From contig JAGABX010000039.1 in NCBI GenBank assembly GCA_017614395.1, positions 982 to 64,981 on the forward strand: 64,000 bases of DNA. The letters are read 5' to 3'. The notes under the pieces were generated by a model. That model ran no database searches, had not been told where the DNA came from, and saw only the letters and a program-made list of their open reading frames with translations. Of this stretch, positions 36,850 to 46,060 are shown in pieces (position 1 is the stretch's first letter; each line of letters begins with the position of its first letter). A program made the position numbers and the translations under genes. The DNA is from Eubacterium sp. Its GTDB lineage: Bacteria > Bacillota > Clostridia > Lachnospirales > Lachnospiraceae.

Positions 36850-38844
36850 ATGAGCAACAGAACCTATTTCAAAAAGACTGCAGCCGTGATGCTTGCGTTT
36901 GCATTCATGGCAGCATCAATCGGAGTGCCGCCAACTCAGACCACTGAGTCGGCAGCAGCATCAAAAATCAAGCTGTCAAAAACAAAGCTTTCGCTGGCGC
37001 TGGGCAAGAGCACAACAATCAAATTGAAAAATGTTAAAACGAAGGATGCAGATAAAATCAAATGGACTACATCCAATAAAAAAGTAGCAACAGTGTCGCC
37101 GAAAAACGGTTCAGCAAAAACGACTGTCAAGGGTGTTTCCATCGGCAAGGCTTCTATTAAGGCAAAACTGGATAAAAAGACCTATACCTGCAAGGTGTCC
37201 GTGGTGGTCGCCGATTCGTCAGTTAATCTGGAAAAAGCAGAGCTTCCCATGTATTTCCGCTCTGTCGATCAAAAGGAATCCATAAAGCTCTACTTTGCGG
37301 ACAAGGCTCATGAGATCCCCTATATCGATGCCGATACGGTAAAGGCTCTCCTGGAGAAGATTTATCACGAGATCAATCTGGATAACGGGTTTTCAATCTC
37401 CCTGAAAACAAAGGGGGATACGGCAGTATTCACACGGGAAAACACGTACATGATGGAGCTGGATGCAGCTGCAGACAAGATCTATTTCAAGGATTACGAC
37501 GCGTTCTTTATGCCGTCGTCCTCGCCGACTATCATCGATGTACTGGAGCATTACGGATTAATTAACTGTCTGAAGGTCGTGGAGGGAAGCTCCTACAGCC
37601 GTTACGGCTGCGAGGTAACGATGGATCTGGCCGCCTATGGGATTGACCTGATCGAGAAGGACGGTGTCTGCTATATGCCGCTGCAGACGTTCGGTGATAT
37701 ATGCACATCGCTTTCCAGTTATGCGATTTTCCTGTACAACGGACAGGCTGTTTTTGTAGATGAATTCTGCTCGGATTTTGAGGGCGCGCTTTATGATAAA
37801 TATTTCGAGACAAAGGCAGATACTCCGAACCGGAGTCAAAAGCTGATAGATTTTACCTATAACGAACTCTGCATGATCCTGGACTACAGTTACGGGTTGA
37901 AGGAACAGCATAATATTACGACGTTCGATGAATATTTGTATGAAACGGGATTAAAGCAGGATCTCCTGTCTGAGGATACTCTGACAAGCGCAAAGGCGCT
38001 GTATGATCTGACATATCTGTATATCGCCGATATGCACAGTAATTATATAGAGAACTCATGGCGGATCGGACCCGATGCGAATGCCAGAACCAGTAAAGGA
38101 AAGTCATTTAAGGATTATTCTGCTTATGAAAAGGAACTGACCGAATACAGAGACAAATATTTCCCGAACGGCGTGGCCGGTTATCAGGAGGTCGGAGATA
38201 CAGCGTATATTACATTTGATGAATTCGGAACGATGCCTGCCGGTACGGATTACTATAAAAATCCGCCTACCGCAGATACCACGGACACGGTAGGAATCTG
38301 TCTCTATGCTTTTTCACAGATAACCAGACCGGGAAGCCCCGTTAAAAACGTGGTTCTCGATCTGAGCATAAACGGCGGCGGAGACACCACGACAGGGAGC
38401 TTTGTCCTCAGTATGTTTCTGGGAGAGGCAAGCGTCTGTCTGGAGGATACGATGACCGGCGCCTATATGAATGAGACATTTTGCTGTGATGCCAATCTGG
38501 ATGGGGTGTTTGATGAAAAAGATTCGCTGAAAAATTATCGTCTGTTCTGTCTGACGTCGCCCTGCAGCTTTTCCTGCGGGAATCTGGTACCATGTGTTTT
38601 GAAAGATTCAATGAGGGTGAAGACGATAGGTATGACCAGCGGAGGAGGCGCCTGCGTTGTTCTGCCTCTCTCCCTGGCAGACGGCACGACGATCCGTGTG
38701 TCCGGTAACCGCAGGCTGAGTTATATGAAAAACGGCTCCGTGTACGATATAGACAGGGGCTGCCAGCCGGATTACCCGATCACTACATTCGAACGTTTCT
38801 ATAACAGAGACGCATTGACGAAATATATTGACGGATTATATTAA
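36850..38844 (+). CDS. Secreted S41-family (C-terminal processing-type) peptidase with N-terminal Big_2 Ig-like domain
   Basis: Signal peptide after the ATG at 36850 (GGAGG Shine-Dalgarno site). The Big_2 pattern is KLSKTKLSLALGKSTTIKL...VATVS. The S41-like motif is VVLDLSINGGGDTT...SPCSFSCGN. Confidence 0.65.
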   Translation: MSNRTYFKKTAAVMLAFAFMAASIGVPPTQTTESAAASKIKLSKTKLSLALGKSTTIKLKNVKTKDADKIKWTTSNKKVATVSPKNGSAKTTVKGVSIGKASIKAKLDKKTYTCKVSVVVADSSVNLEKAELPMYFRSVDQKESIKLYFADKAHEIPYIDADTVKALLEKIYHEINLDNGFSISLKTKGDTAVFTRENTYMMELDAAADKIYFKDYDAFFMPSSSPTIIDVLEHYGLINCLKVVEGSSYSRYGCEVTMDLAAYGIDLIEKDGVCYMPLQTFGDICTSLSSYAIFLYNGQAVFVDEFCSDFEGALYDKYFETKADTPNRSQKLIDFTYNELCMILDYSYGLKEQHNITTFDEYLYETGLKQDLLSEDTLTSAKALYDLTYLYIADMHSNYIENSWRIGPDANARTSKGKSFKDYSAYEKELTEYRDKYFPNGVAGYQEVGDTAYITFDEFGTMPAGTDYYKNPPTADTTDTVGICLYAFSQITRPGSPVKNVVLDLSINGGGDTTTGSFVLSMFLGEASVCLEDTMTGAYMNETFCCDANLDGVFDEKDSLKNYRLFCLTSPCSFSCGNLVPCVLKDSMRVKTIGMTSGGGACVVLPLSLADGTTIRVSGNRRLSYMKNGSVYDIDRGCQPDYPITTFERFYNRDALTKYIDGLY

Positions 38845-38881
38845 TAAGTGTGTCCAAGGCTGTAACTCGGGAGAAACACGA

Positions 38882-38945
38882 TTCTCGATACAACAGTTCG
38901 CCGGACTATTGTCTTGAAAAACATGGCTGTGGCAATCGAATGTGG
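38882..38945 (+). repeat. Intergenic repeat copy C (modules 2+3) in the leader of the acetyltransferase gene
   Basis: TTCTCGATACAACAGTTCGCCGGACTATTGTCTTGA...ATGGC..GGCAA is about 80% identical to 8083-8144. Confidence 0.7.
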
Positions 38946-38958
38946 AAGGGCGTGAACA

Positions 38959-39816
38959 ATGGAAAATCAACCGGAAATCGGGAATAATACTATTATCGGG
39001 AACAATTTCCAATGTGGTAAAAACGTTGTCATAAAAAGCAATTGCATTATCGAGGACAATGTCGTATTAGGGGATAATGTCTATATCGATCACAATTGCA
39101 TTATTCGCAATGATGTATCGATCGGTGACAATTCGACGGTTGGAGCGAACTGTATTTTAGGCGAGCTTCAAATGGATTTTTTTCTGGATCATTCCTATCA
39201 CAAACATGAATTGACAATAGGGAAAAATGCTATCATACGCAGCGGATGTATATTTTACAGCGGCTCGGAGATAGGGGACGATTTTCAGTCAGGCCATCAG
39301 GTTACAATTCGGGAAAAAGCAATGATCGGAAACCATGTCAGTATAGGAACGCTGAGTGACATACAGGGGCACTGCAGTATCGGAAACTATGTCAGGCTGC
39401 ACAGCAACGTCCATGTCGGCATGGCTACTGTAATAGATGACTGTTGCTGGATTTTCCCCTATGTCGTATTTACAAATGATCCGACCCCTCCATCCGATAC
39501 ACTGCTGGGCGTTCATGTACATTCATTTGCCATAGTTGCAACGCATGCGACAGTTCTGCCGGGAATCGAAATACAGGGAGATTCCCTGATCGGAGCCGGG
39601 GCAGTGGTGAATCGTAATGTTGAAAAATACCAGGTGGTTGTCGGTAATCCCGGAAAGGTCAAGGGGGATATCCGACAGATAAAAAACAGGGAGACAGGAG
39701 AGAATTACTATCCGTGGAGGTTTCATTTTGATAGGAATATGCCATGGAAAAACTATGGTTTTGACAAATGGTATGAAACATTGGATGATGAGATGAAGAG
39801 AATGCTTCTGGAATAA
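38959..39816 (+). CDS. Left-handed beta-helix (hexapeptide-repeat) acyl/acetyltransferase
   Basis: Many [LIV]-G-x-x-x-x hexapeptide repeats run through the protein (IGNNTIIGNNFQCGKNVVIKSNCIIEDNVVLGDNVYI...). Confidence 0.75.
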   Translation: MENQPEIGNNTIIGNNFQCGKNVVIKSNCIIEDNVVLGDNVYIDHNCIIRNDVSIGDNSTVGANCILGELQMDFFLDHSYHKHELTIGKNAIIRSGCIFYSGSEIGDDFQSGHQVTIREKAMIGNHVSIGTLSDIQGHCSIGNYVRLHSNVHVGMATVIDDCCWIFPYVVFTNDPTPPSDTLLGVHVHSFAIVATHATVLPGIEIQGDSLIGAGAVVNRNVEKYQVVVGNPGKVKGDIRQIKNRETGENYYPWRFHFDRNMPWKNYGFDKWYETLDDEMKRMLLE

Positions 39817-39898
39817 AAAGTTAGGATGACGGGTTCACAGGTGTTGATCATGTGGATGGTCTCAGTTATAGGAAACTAATTCGCACTGGGTATATGTC

Positions 39899-41350
39899 TC
39901 ACTCGTTCGGAGATTCCTGTTTATTGTTTTTCCTGCCTCGTATCATCACAAACAGCTTCAGCAAATCCGCGCGATACAAAAAGACAAAGCAAGCGGACAC
40001 GAGGATGGCGCCTCCCACGCCGATGAGCCACTGAGATGAAAACAGGAACCGCCATGCTGTCATGAATGCCGCCATGAGCATCGTTGCCAGGATAAAACGG
40101 CCGGATAATACCATCAGCTTCATTTTGCACAGAACGATCACGCAAACGATGTCTGAAACCACATATCCGGTGAGTGTCGCCAGGGCGGCACCCTCTATTC
40201 CTAGAATTGGGATCAGAAACATATTTATTACAAAATTCAGACCTGCGCCGGACATCAGGATCAGCAGATTCGGCCAGGTCTTTTTTATTATTAAAAACTG
40301 GTTTGCAGCAACCTGGAACAGCATCTGCAGGAGCGGTGCCAGAAACAGATACGGCGCAACGATATATCCGCTCAGATACTCAGCCGGAAACAGTATCTGA
40401 AAGATCAGATAACTTAATCCTGCAATAAACGAGGTTACGGAAAACGAAATGACACCCAGGTATTCAAAAATCATTGAATTGGATTTGACCTGGTTGTCCT
40501 CCTTCATGGTAGCAAAGGCAAAATACTGCCACCCTCCGGCGAATGCCGTGTAGATCAGCTGGCTGGCATGTCCGAGCTTTGAACTGACTGAGTAAATTCC
40601 TGTTGCCCCGGGATCCATGTAATTTGTGATCATTATTTTATCGCACGAGTTGAACACCCAGTATATTAAAAAGTTCGGAAGCAGTGGCAGAGCGATGACC
40701 AGCAGCTCTTTCAACAGCTTTTTATCAAATAACGACAGACGGAACCACGAGTGGTTTAATGAGAAAAAGATAATGCACATCGTCACTCCGACGATCACGG
40801 TAGCCAGTGGCAATGCGATAATATAGTGCCCCATGAGCAGCAGCGGAATCGCAATGCCATAGGAAAGCAGCGGCGCGATCGTATTGGTGATGAGAAAAAC
40901 CTTCCGTTTATTCTGCATGCGTGTAGGAGCCGCGAGTATGCTGGTGTTAGTGCTGACCAGGGTTGCCATTGCCGAGAGATAAACAATGTATGCATATTTC
41001 GGATCCTTGAAAAAAAGCGCCGCTATGGGATCGCGGAAAATGATCATCAGTACAAAAACAACAACGGATGTGATCATGGTAAATGTCAGCGTAGTCGAGC
41101 AAACGGTCTGTTTGAAGCGCAGGTCTTCTTTTTCAAAAAACATGCGGTACATAGCATCGCACATTCCCATGATCGCCAGAGCAGAGCCGAATGAGATCAG
41201 TGTGTCGGACAGATCGCTGATACCGAAATACGACGTGTTCGGCATGATCAGCGTAACGATCGGGACCATGATCAACGGGATAATTTTACTGATGATCCCA
41301 CCGAGTCCGTATATTAAAAAGTTTGATATAAAAAGCTTCAGTTTATTCAA
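39899..41350 (-). CDS. wzx: Polysaccharide/oligosaccharide flippase (Wzx, MOP superfamily)
   Basis: 483-aa protein with about 12-14 TM helices and a typical Wzx N-terminus (FLIYGLGGIISKIIPLIMVPIVT). TTG start. Confidence 0.75.
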   Translation of the reverse strand: MNKLKLFISNFLIYGLGGIISKIIPLIMVPIVTLIMPNTSYFGISDLSDTLISFGSALAIMGMCDAMYRMFFEKEDLRFKQTVCSTTLTFTMITSVVVFVLMIIFRDPIAALFFKDPKYAYIVYLSAMATLVSTNTSILAAPTRMQNKRKVFLITNTIAPLLSYGIAIPLLLMGHYIIALPLATVIVGVTMCIIFFSLNHSWFRLSLFDKKLLKELLVIALPLLPNFLIYWVFNSCDKIMITNYMDPGATGIYSVSSKLGHASQLIYTAFAGGWQYFAFATMKEDNQVKSNSMIFEYLGVISFSVTSFIAGLSYLIFQILFPAEYLSGYIVAPYLFLAPLLQMLFQVAANQFLIIKKTWPNLLILMSGAGLNFVINMFLIPILGIEGAALATLTGYVVSDIVCVIVLCKMKLMVLSGRFILATMLMAAFMTAWRFLFSSQWLIGVGGAILVSACFVFLYRADLLKLFVMIRGRKNNKQESPNE

Positions 41351-41461
41351 ATCAATCTGTCCTTTCGGATTGTCAGGTATTCACAGATCTGCAGGCCTGA
41401 TCCCGACCATGGAAACCGGCATGTATAGTTCTGTTTATGGTGTTTTCAGGTTATCAGCATT

Positions 41462-42553
41462 TCAATTCAGTTTGTCGAAGATGTTATTGTTTAATGAGGT
41501 TTTAGCCAGTGTTGCGCGTATCAGCCGGCTCATTATGAAATCATATACCAGCCACACAATGAAGCACACGATATATATTCCGATCACGCAGCCGATGAGA
41601 TGCAATGTCAGGATGAAGATATTCCGTGCCGCAAATTCAGTGATGTGAAGAACAGGAAGTATGCTTGCATGAACCAGATATACTGTAAAGGAAGCCTTTG
41701 CCGGGATGTTGATCCATTTATGTGATCCGGTTTTGAAACCGCGGAACAGCAGCAGCGCCTCCGCGGCCAGCCATATCACGAGAGGATTGCAGTATTCCAG
41801 GCAGCGCAGGTAGATAAAAGGTGTGCCCGTCCGCAGCTCCAAGACTGACCATGTGAAGAGCAGCGCCAGGCAGAGCAGGAAACGAAGGATACTGCCATGG
41901 ATTTTTGAATCACGCAGATATGCGCCTATGAGGTAAACAAGCGCAAAATTCACTATGGTATAACCCAGGTTACTTCCGTAAATTCCTATGGTGCTCATGA
42001 GATTGAGATCTGCCCCGGTGATCTCAGACAGCACATCTAAGGCGGTTGGAAATACGGAAAACAGAATAAAAAGTATGATGAGTGACTTTTTCTCCAATCC
42101 GTTCTTTTTCAGACTGTCCAGGAGGAGATTTAAAAAGGGCGAGATGAGATACAGAACGACATAAAGGATAACAAACCAGTTGTTGGGAATCAGGTTGGTG
42201 AGGATGTCCTGTCCTGATAATTCGGCGCGCCCGAGGACGACCGTCAACAGATAGATGGCTTCCTTGATCAGGATAACCTGAAGTATGAGTTCGAGCGGAC
42301 GCAGGAGCGAGCGTTTGTTGCTCCTGCACATGAAATAACCGCTGATCAGAATGAAAACATTAACAGCGGTTACAGAGATGCACTCCATAAACATCAGAAA
42401 CCAGTGGTTCAGTCCGGTTGCTGCTTCTATGCCCCCGCCTATTGCAGGGTTGTTGTAGTGCAGGATGACAACGCCGCAGGCGGCAAGGATCCGGAGTAGT
42501 TCTATATTGGAATCGCGTCCGTTACGGACGGCGGTTGTTGTATCGTTTTTCAT
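41462..42553 (-). CDS. Membrane acyltransferase family 3 (OafA-like O-acetyltransferase)
   Basis: RDSNIELLRILAACGVVILHY and about 10 TM helices. Confidence 0.8.
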   Translation of the reverse strand: MKNDTTTAVRNGRDSNIELLRILAACGVVILHYNNPAIGGGIEAATGLNHWFLMFMECISVTAVNVFILISGYFMCRSNKRSLLRPLELILQVILIKEAIYLLTVVLGRAELSGQDILTNLIPNNWFVILYVVLYLISPFLNLLLDSLKKNGLEKKSLIILFILFSVFPTALDVLSEITGADLNLMSTIGIYGSNLGYTIVNFALVYLIGAYLRDSKIHGSILRFLLCLALLFTWSVLELRTGTPFIYLRCLEYCNPLVIWLAAEALLLFRGFKTGSHKWINIPAKASFTVYLVHASILPVLHITEFAARNIFILTLHLIGCVIGIYIVCFIVWLVYDFIMSRLIRATLAKTSLNNNIFDKLN

Positions 42554-42598
42554 GAACAGTATTGTTCCTTACTTTTTATCAGATTTTTGAGTGCTGGT

Positions 42599-43009
42599 TT
42601 ATGAATTATCAGTGTTCTTAATGAATTCCAAAAACTCGTCGTAGTCGCGGATGTAGTCGGCCTCGTCATAGAGTTCGCTTGCCAAAACCATCAGCACTGC
42701 GTCGGGAGAAAAATCAAACATCTCCCTCCACATTACATTGGAGACATATAATCCTTCATAGGGTTTTTCCAGAGGAACGACCTTGGTCTCCTGCCCGTTG
42801 TCAAGGCGGATCTTGCAGCTGCCGTGGATACAGATAAGTATCTGCTCCAGGGATTTGTGCGCGTGATGTCCCCTCACGACGTCCTTGCCGGTATCGTACA
42901 TGTAGTAGACTCGTTTGATTTGGAACGGGATGTCCTTGAACTCCTCTAGCGCGACAAGCTGTCCGCGGTCATCACCATGCGGTTGGAACATATATTTGAC
43001 TACTTGCAT
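42599..43009 (-). CDS. fdtA: FdtA/QdtA (WxcM-like) cupin, dTDP-4-keto-6-deoxyhexose 3,4-ketoisomerase
   Basis: HGDDRGQLVALEEFKDIPFQIKRVYYMYD...VRGHHAHKSLEQILICIHGSC matches the FdtA pattern. 136 aa. Confidence 0.8.
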   Translation of the reverse strand: MQVVKYMFQPHGDDRGQLVALEEFKDIPFQIKRVYYMYDTGKDVVRGHHAHKSLEQILICIHGSCKIRLDNGQETKVVPLEKPYEGLYVSNVMWREMFDFSPDAVLMVLASELYDEADYIRDYDEFLEFIKNTDNS

Positions 43010-43015
43010 ATTGTT

Positions 43016-43175
43016 CTCCTTTTAACTTGAAAGTTTTTCTCTGCCGAATCCGTCCGGTTGCCGAAACCGTAACCTCGCTGCTTCGCTTCGCTGTCGCAAC
43101 TTCGGACGGTTTCCGCTCCTTTTAACTTGAAAGTTTTTCTCTGCCGAATCCGTCCGGTTGCCGAACCCATCCGGT
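43016..43175 (-). repeat. Intergenic repeat copy B (modules 3-1-3) including a 50-nt direct duplication of the fdtA leader and its Shine-Dalgarno site
   Basis: 43065-43118 is the exact reverse complement of 8031-8084. 43016-43065 is identical to 43116-43165 (100-nt period). An extra partial unit lies at 43166-43179. Confidence 0.9.
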
Positions 43176-43178
43176 TGC

Positions 43179-44201
43179 CTACGTTTCATGGATTAATCGT
43201 ACGTATTCTTCGTCGACCGTGGCAGCGGTGTATCGAGTGTGCAGCCTGTGGTCTGTTATCGAGCGGAGCTTGCCGGGAATTCGCAAACATCCTATTGTTC
43301 TTTTTATTGATGAAGATGACTTTTTTATTTCGGACAGCCGGATAAATGATTTACGGAGCGTTTCATCCGATATAAACCCGTCTGCCAGCAGGATCTCATC
43401 TGCAGAAGCCCAGTCGGCTGCGATCTTTTTCATCCATTCATCGTTCTGTGCGGTGGAGATGCCGGTTCCCAGTTCATATAACACGGCACCCTTTCCCAGG
43501 AAAAAGGCACGCTCGCCGGCTCCTGCCATCAGGCGATAGATGTTGTCTTCTGCATAGACAACTTTGTTTTGAAGCATGCCCAGATACTTTTTCATAGACT
43601 GTGTATTCACAAGTGTGGTCGCGCCTCTCACCAGATCCTCGAAAATCAGGTAGTTGTAACCCCATGAATTACGGTAGAATCCATGATTTTTCTGCGGATG
43701 TGTCTGAACCGAGACGATCTGCAGGTTTTCGGGGGAAATGTCGGAGCTGGTATAACTGTAACAAATATCGTCAGCAAACCCCACTATGCAGCCATGCTTT
43801 TTCATGCCGTTCATCCAGTCTCTGAGTATTGTCTCGCCATAGAGATAATCACCGGGGCTTATCGGTTTTACATATTCGCCATGGCAATAGTTCAGGCCGT
43901 TTATCAGGTTCTCAACTGTGCCTTTGTTTTTAGTCAGTGCTGCTATTTTATAGTCGGTAAAACCATTTTTTTCAAAAAAAGCAGTGACTGCTGCGGTATC
44001 CAGATCATCTCCCGAACCATCGTCAGCGATTACAATCTGAATTGATACACCTCGTTGCATCAAGGCGGAACGGAGAGTGACAAGCAGCTTTTCCATTGAA
44101 GGATGATAGGTCGCAACGAGGACACTTATGTCACAGGATATATTGGTTGCCGGATCGTTGTTTTTATCTGATGTAGCAGAGTTGCGGATATTGTTTGTCA
44201 T
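43179..44201 (-). CDS. Family 2 glycosyltransferase
   Basis: ISVLVATYHPSMEKL...QIVIADDGSGDD is a GT-A DxD-type N-terminus. Confidence 0.8.
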   Translation of the reverse strand: MTNNIRNSATSDKNNDPATNISCDISVLVATYHPSMEKLLVTLRSALMQRGVSIQIVIADDGSGDDLDTAAVTAFFEKNGFTDYKIAALTKNKGTVENLINGLNYCHGEYVKPISPGDYLYGETILRDWMNGMKKHGCIVGFADDICYSYTSSDISPENLQIVSVQTHPQKNHGFYRNSWGYNYLIFEDLVRGATTLVNTQSMKKYLGMLQNKVVYAEDNIYRLMAGAGERAFFLGKGAVLYELGTGISTAQNDEWMKKIAADWASADEILLADGFISDETLRKSFIRLSEIKKSSSSIKRTIGCLRIPGKLRSITDHRLHTRYTAATVDEEYVRLIHET

Positions 44202-44272
44202 TTACAATTGCTCCTCCCATGATACTGCGGCATTATCTGACCTACAGATGCTAATCTCATAGAACCATTATT

Positions 44273-44944
44273 TTACGCTTTTTTTGGAAACCATTCATAC
44301 AACTTTTTTATGTCATCAAGCGGCATTTTGTCTATTGGCTTGTATAGCTCATCCATATGCGCTAGGGCGGTTTCCGCATCCAGTCTGTCATAGTCCAGTG
44401 TCAGGAGGAATTCGATCACTTCTTTTTCAAAACGATATCTGATGACCCTTGACGGGACACCGCCAACTACGGAGTACGGAGGCACGTCCTTCACCACGAC
44501 TGCTCCCGCGCCGATGACAGCTCCCTGCCCGATCCTCACTCCGGATAACACGGTTACTCCGCCGGACAGCCAGACATCACTTTCCACGTATATGTCACCT
44601 TTGGCCATAGGCTCCTCGCCACCGAGCAATCGTGCGCGAAACGGGTAGGTTGATAGGTGGTTCAGGGGGTGTTCGACCTCCAGCATAAACCGGACATCCG
44701 GTCCGATGGAAACGAATGAGCCTATATGAAGCTTGTGATCGTTTCCATGAGTAATCAATTCTATGGGACCATATGAATAATCACCAACCGTCACAAGGTC
44801 GGGATTGAAATTGTTTGCTTTTGTGGTGAGATTGCTGCGATGTTCTTTTTCCCACCGGGTTGACATGCGCTTGAATTTCAGACGCACGAGATAGTCCCAT
44901 AGGAGAGTTTTATTGAAATGTTTTGGTTTTCTCATTTGGTTCAT
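44273..44944 (-). CDS. Hexapeptide-repeat acetyltransferase (CatB/Vat-like xenobiotic acetyltransferase fold), here probably a sugar O-acetyltransferase
   Basis: VWLSGGVTVLSGVRIGQGAVIGAGAVVVKDVPPYSVVGGVPSRVIRYRF. Confidence 0.75.
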   Translation of the reverse strand: MNQMRKPKHFNKTLLWDYLVRLKFKRMSTRWEKEHRSNLTTKANNFNPDLVTVGDYSYGPIELITHGNDHKLHIGSFVSIGPDVRFMLEVEHPLNHLSTYPFRARLLGGEEPMAKGDIYVESDVWLSGGVTVLSGVRIGQGAVIGAGAVVVKDVPPYSVVGGVPSRVIRYRFEKEVIEFLLTLDYDRLDAETALAHMDELYKPIDKMPLDDIKKLYEWFPKKA

Positions 44945-45022
44945 GTTTTTTCCTCAATAACTGAAATAATATCTGACGCATGTCCGGACTGATTCGGAGT
45001 AAGCAGCCGGCTCTCGAAATAA

Positions 45023-46060
45023 TCATCCCTTCAGGATACCAGCGATGTCTCCCAGCCAGATTTTTTTCGTGGAATAGCGGCTGAATAAACATGGAGAACA
45101 AACAATGTATCGCGCGATGTTTTTCTTTTTCAGAAGCTTTTTCCGGGTCGAGAAATAATCCCTGGCACGGGATATGGTTTTATTGTTTTCAGGCGAAAGA
45201 TCGTAAATCTGATCGAGATACCTGATCTCCTTGTCTATCTGGTCGATACGCCCGTCAAGTCCGGTGCGGAGCTTCGTATGAGAGAGATTCATTCCGGATG
45301 TGTTCGCGTCGTGGATTCTATAGCGGCTGAGATATTTGCCGAGAAGCCAGTATCCGCCGTCTGTTGCGGCGAGATATTCGATCAGCCTGTCGTGCATCTC
45401 AAATGCGGAAACATCCATTTTGTCTATGGTTTCCTTAACAGAGCACCGGATCACTGTTGTCATCCCGGGCCGCAGGGCGCCATGCTTTTGCAGGATCAGA
45501 TCACCTGCTGCTATCGGGGACAGAGGCCTGCGCGGTCTGCGATCCTGCCCGAAAACCTTGCCGTCTCCGTCAATCAGCCGGTTGCAGGAGGACAGGCACA
45601 GGATTTCAGGATGCTTTTTGAAAACGCTTAAACATACCGCTGCCTTGTTTTTTTCCCAGATATCATCCTGATCTGAGAAAAAGATAAAGTCGCCGGTCGC
45701 TAACGACAGGGCGTCAAAAAAGGTCTGCGCATATCCTTTTTGCTCTGCATGCTCGAGATATCGGACGATACAGCCATTGGAATTCCAGGTCAGCTCTTCG
45801 GTTCGAATCCCATCGCCGTTCCCGGAGAAGCCTGGTTCCTTCCGGGATGATGAAACAGGTTCGGCCGTGGAATCTGCAGCATCACCATGACCCGCGCCGA
45901 CAGCGGAGACGATCTCGTTTATGCATTTTTCAGGAGAGCAGTCATCGATCAGTATCAGCTCGTCAACGGGATGGGTTTGTTCGAGAATGCTTTTTATCTG
46001 CTCTCCTATATACTGTCCGCCGTTGTAGACGGCCATGACTACGCTGGTTTTCGGTTTCAT
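45023..46060 (-). CDS. Family 2 glycosyltransferase with internal hydrophilic insertion
   Basis: TSVVMAVYNGGQYIGEQIKSILEQT...LILIDDCS. The start overlaps the upstream stop by 4 nt. Confidence 0.8.
   Translation of the reverse strand: MKPKTSVVMAVYNGGQYIGEQIKSILEQTHPVDELILIDDCSPEKCINEIVSAVGAGHGDAADSTAEPVSSSRKEPGFSGNGDGIRTEELTWNSNGCIVRYLEHAEQKGYAQTFFDALSLATGDFIFFSDQDDIWEKNKAAVCLSVFKKHPEILCLSSCNRLIDGDGKVFGQDRRPRRPLSPIAAGDLILQKHGALRPGMTTVIRCSVKETIDKMDVSAFEMHDRLIEYLAATDGGYWLLGKYLSRYRIHDANTSGMNLSHTKLRTGLDGRIDQIDKEIRYLDQIYDLSPENNKTISRARDYFSTRKKLLKKKNIARYIVCSPCLFSRYSTKKIWLGDIAGILKG

Noticed and set aside
40986-41648. 220-aa plus-strand ORF across the flippase/acyltransferase junction
   Set aside because: It is antisense to two polytopic membrane-protein genes. 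Its hydrophobic-looking translation is a mirror effect.
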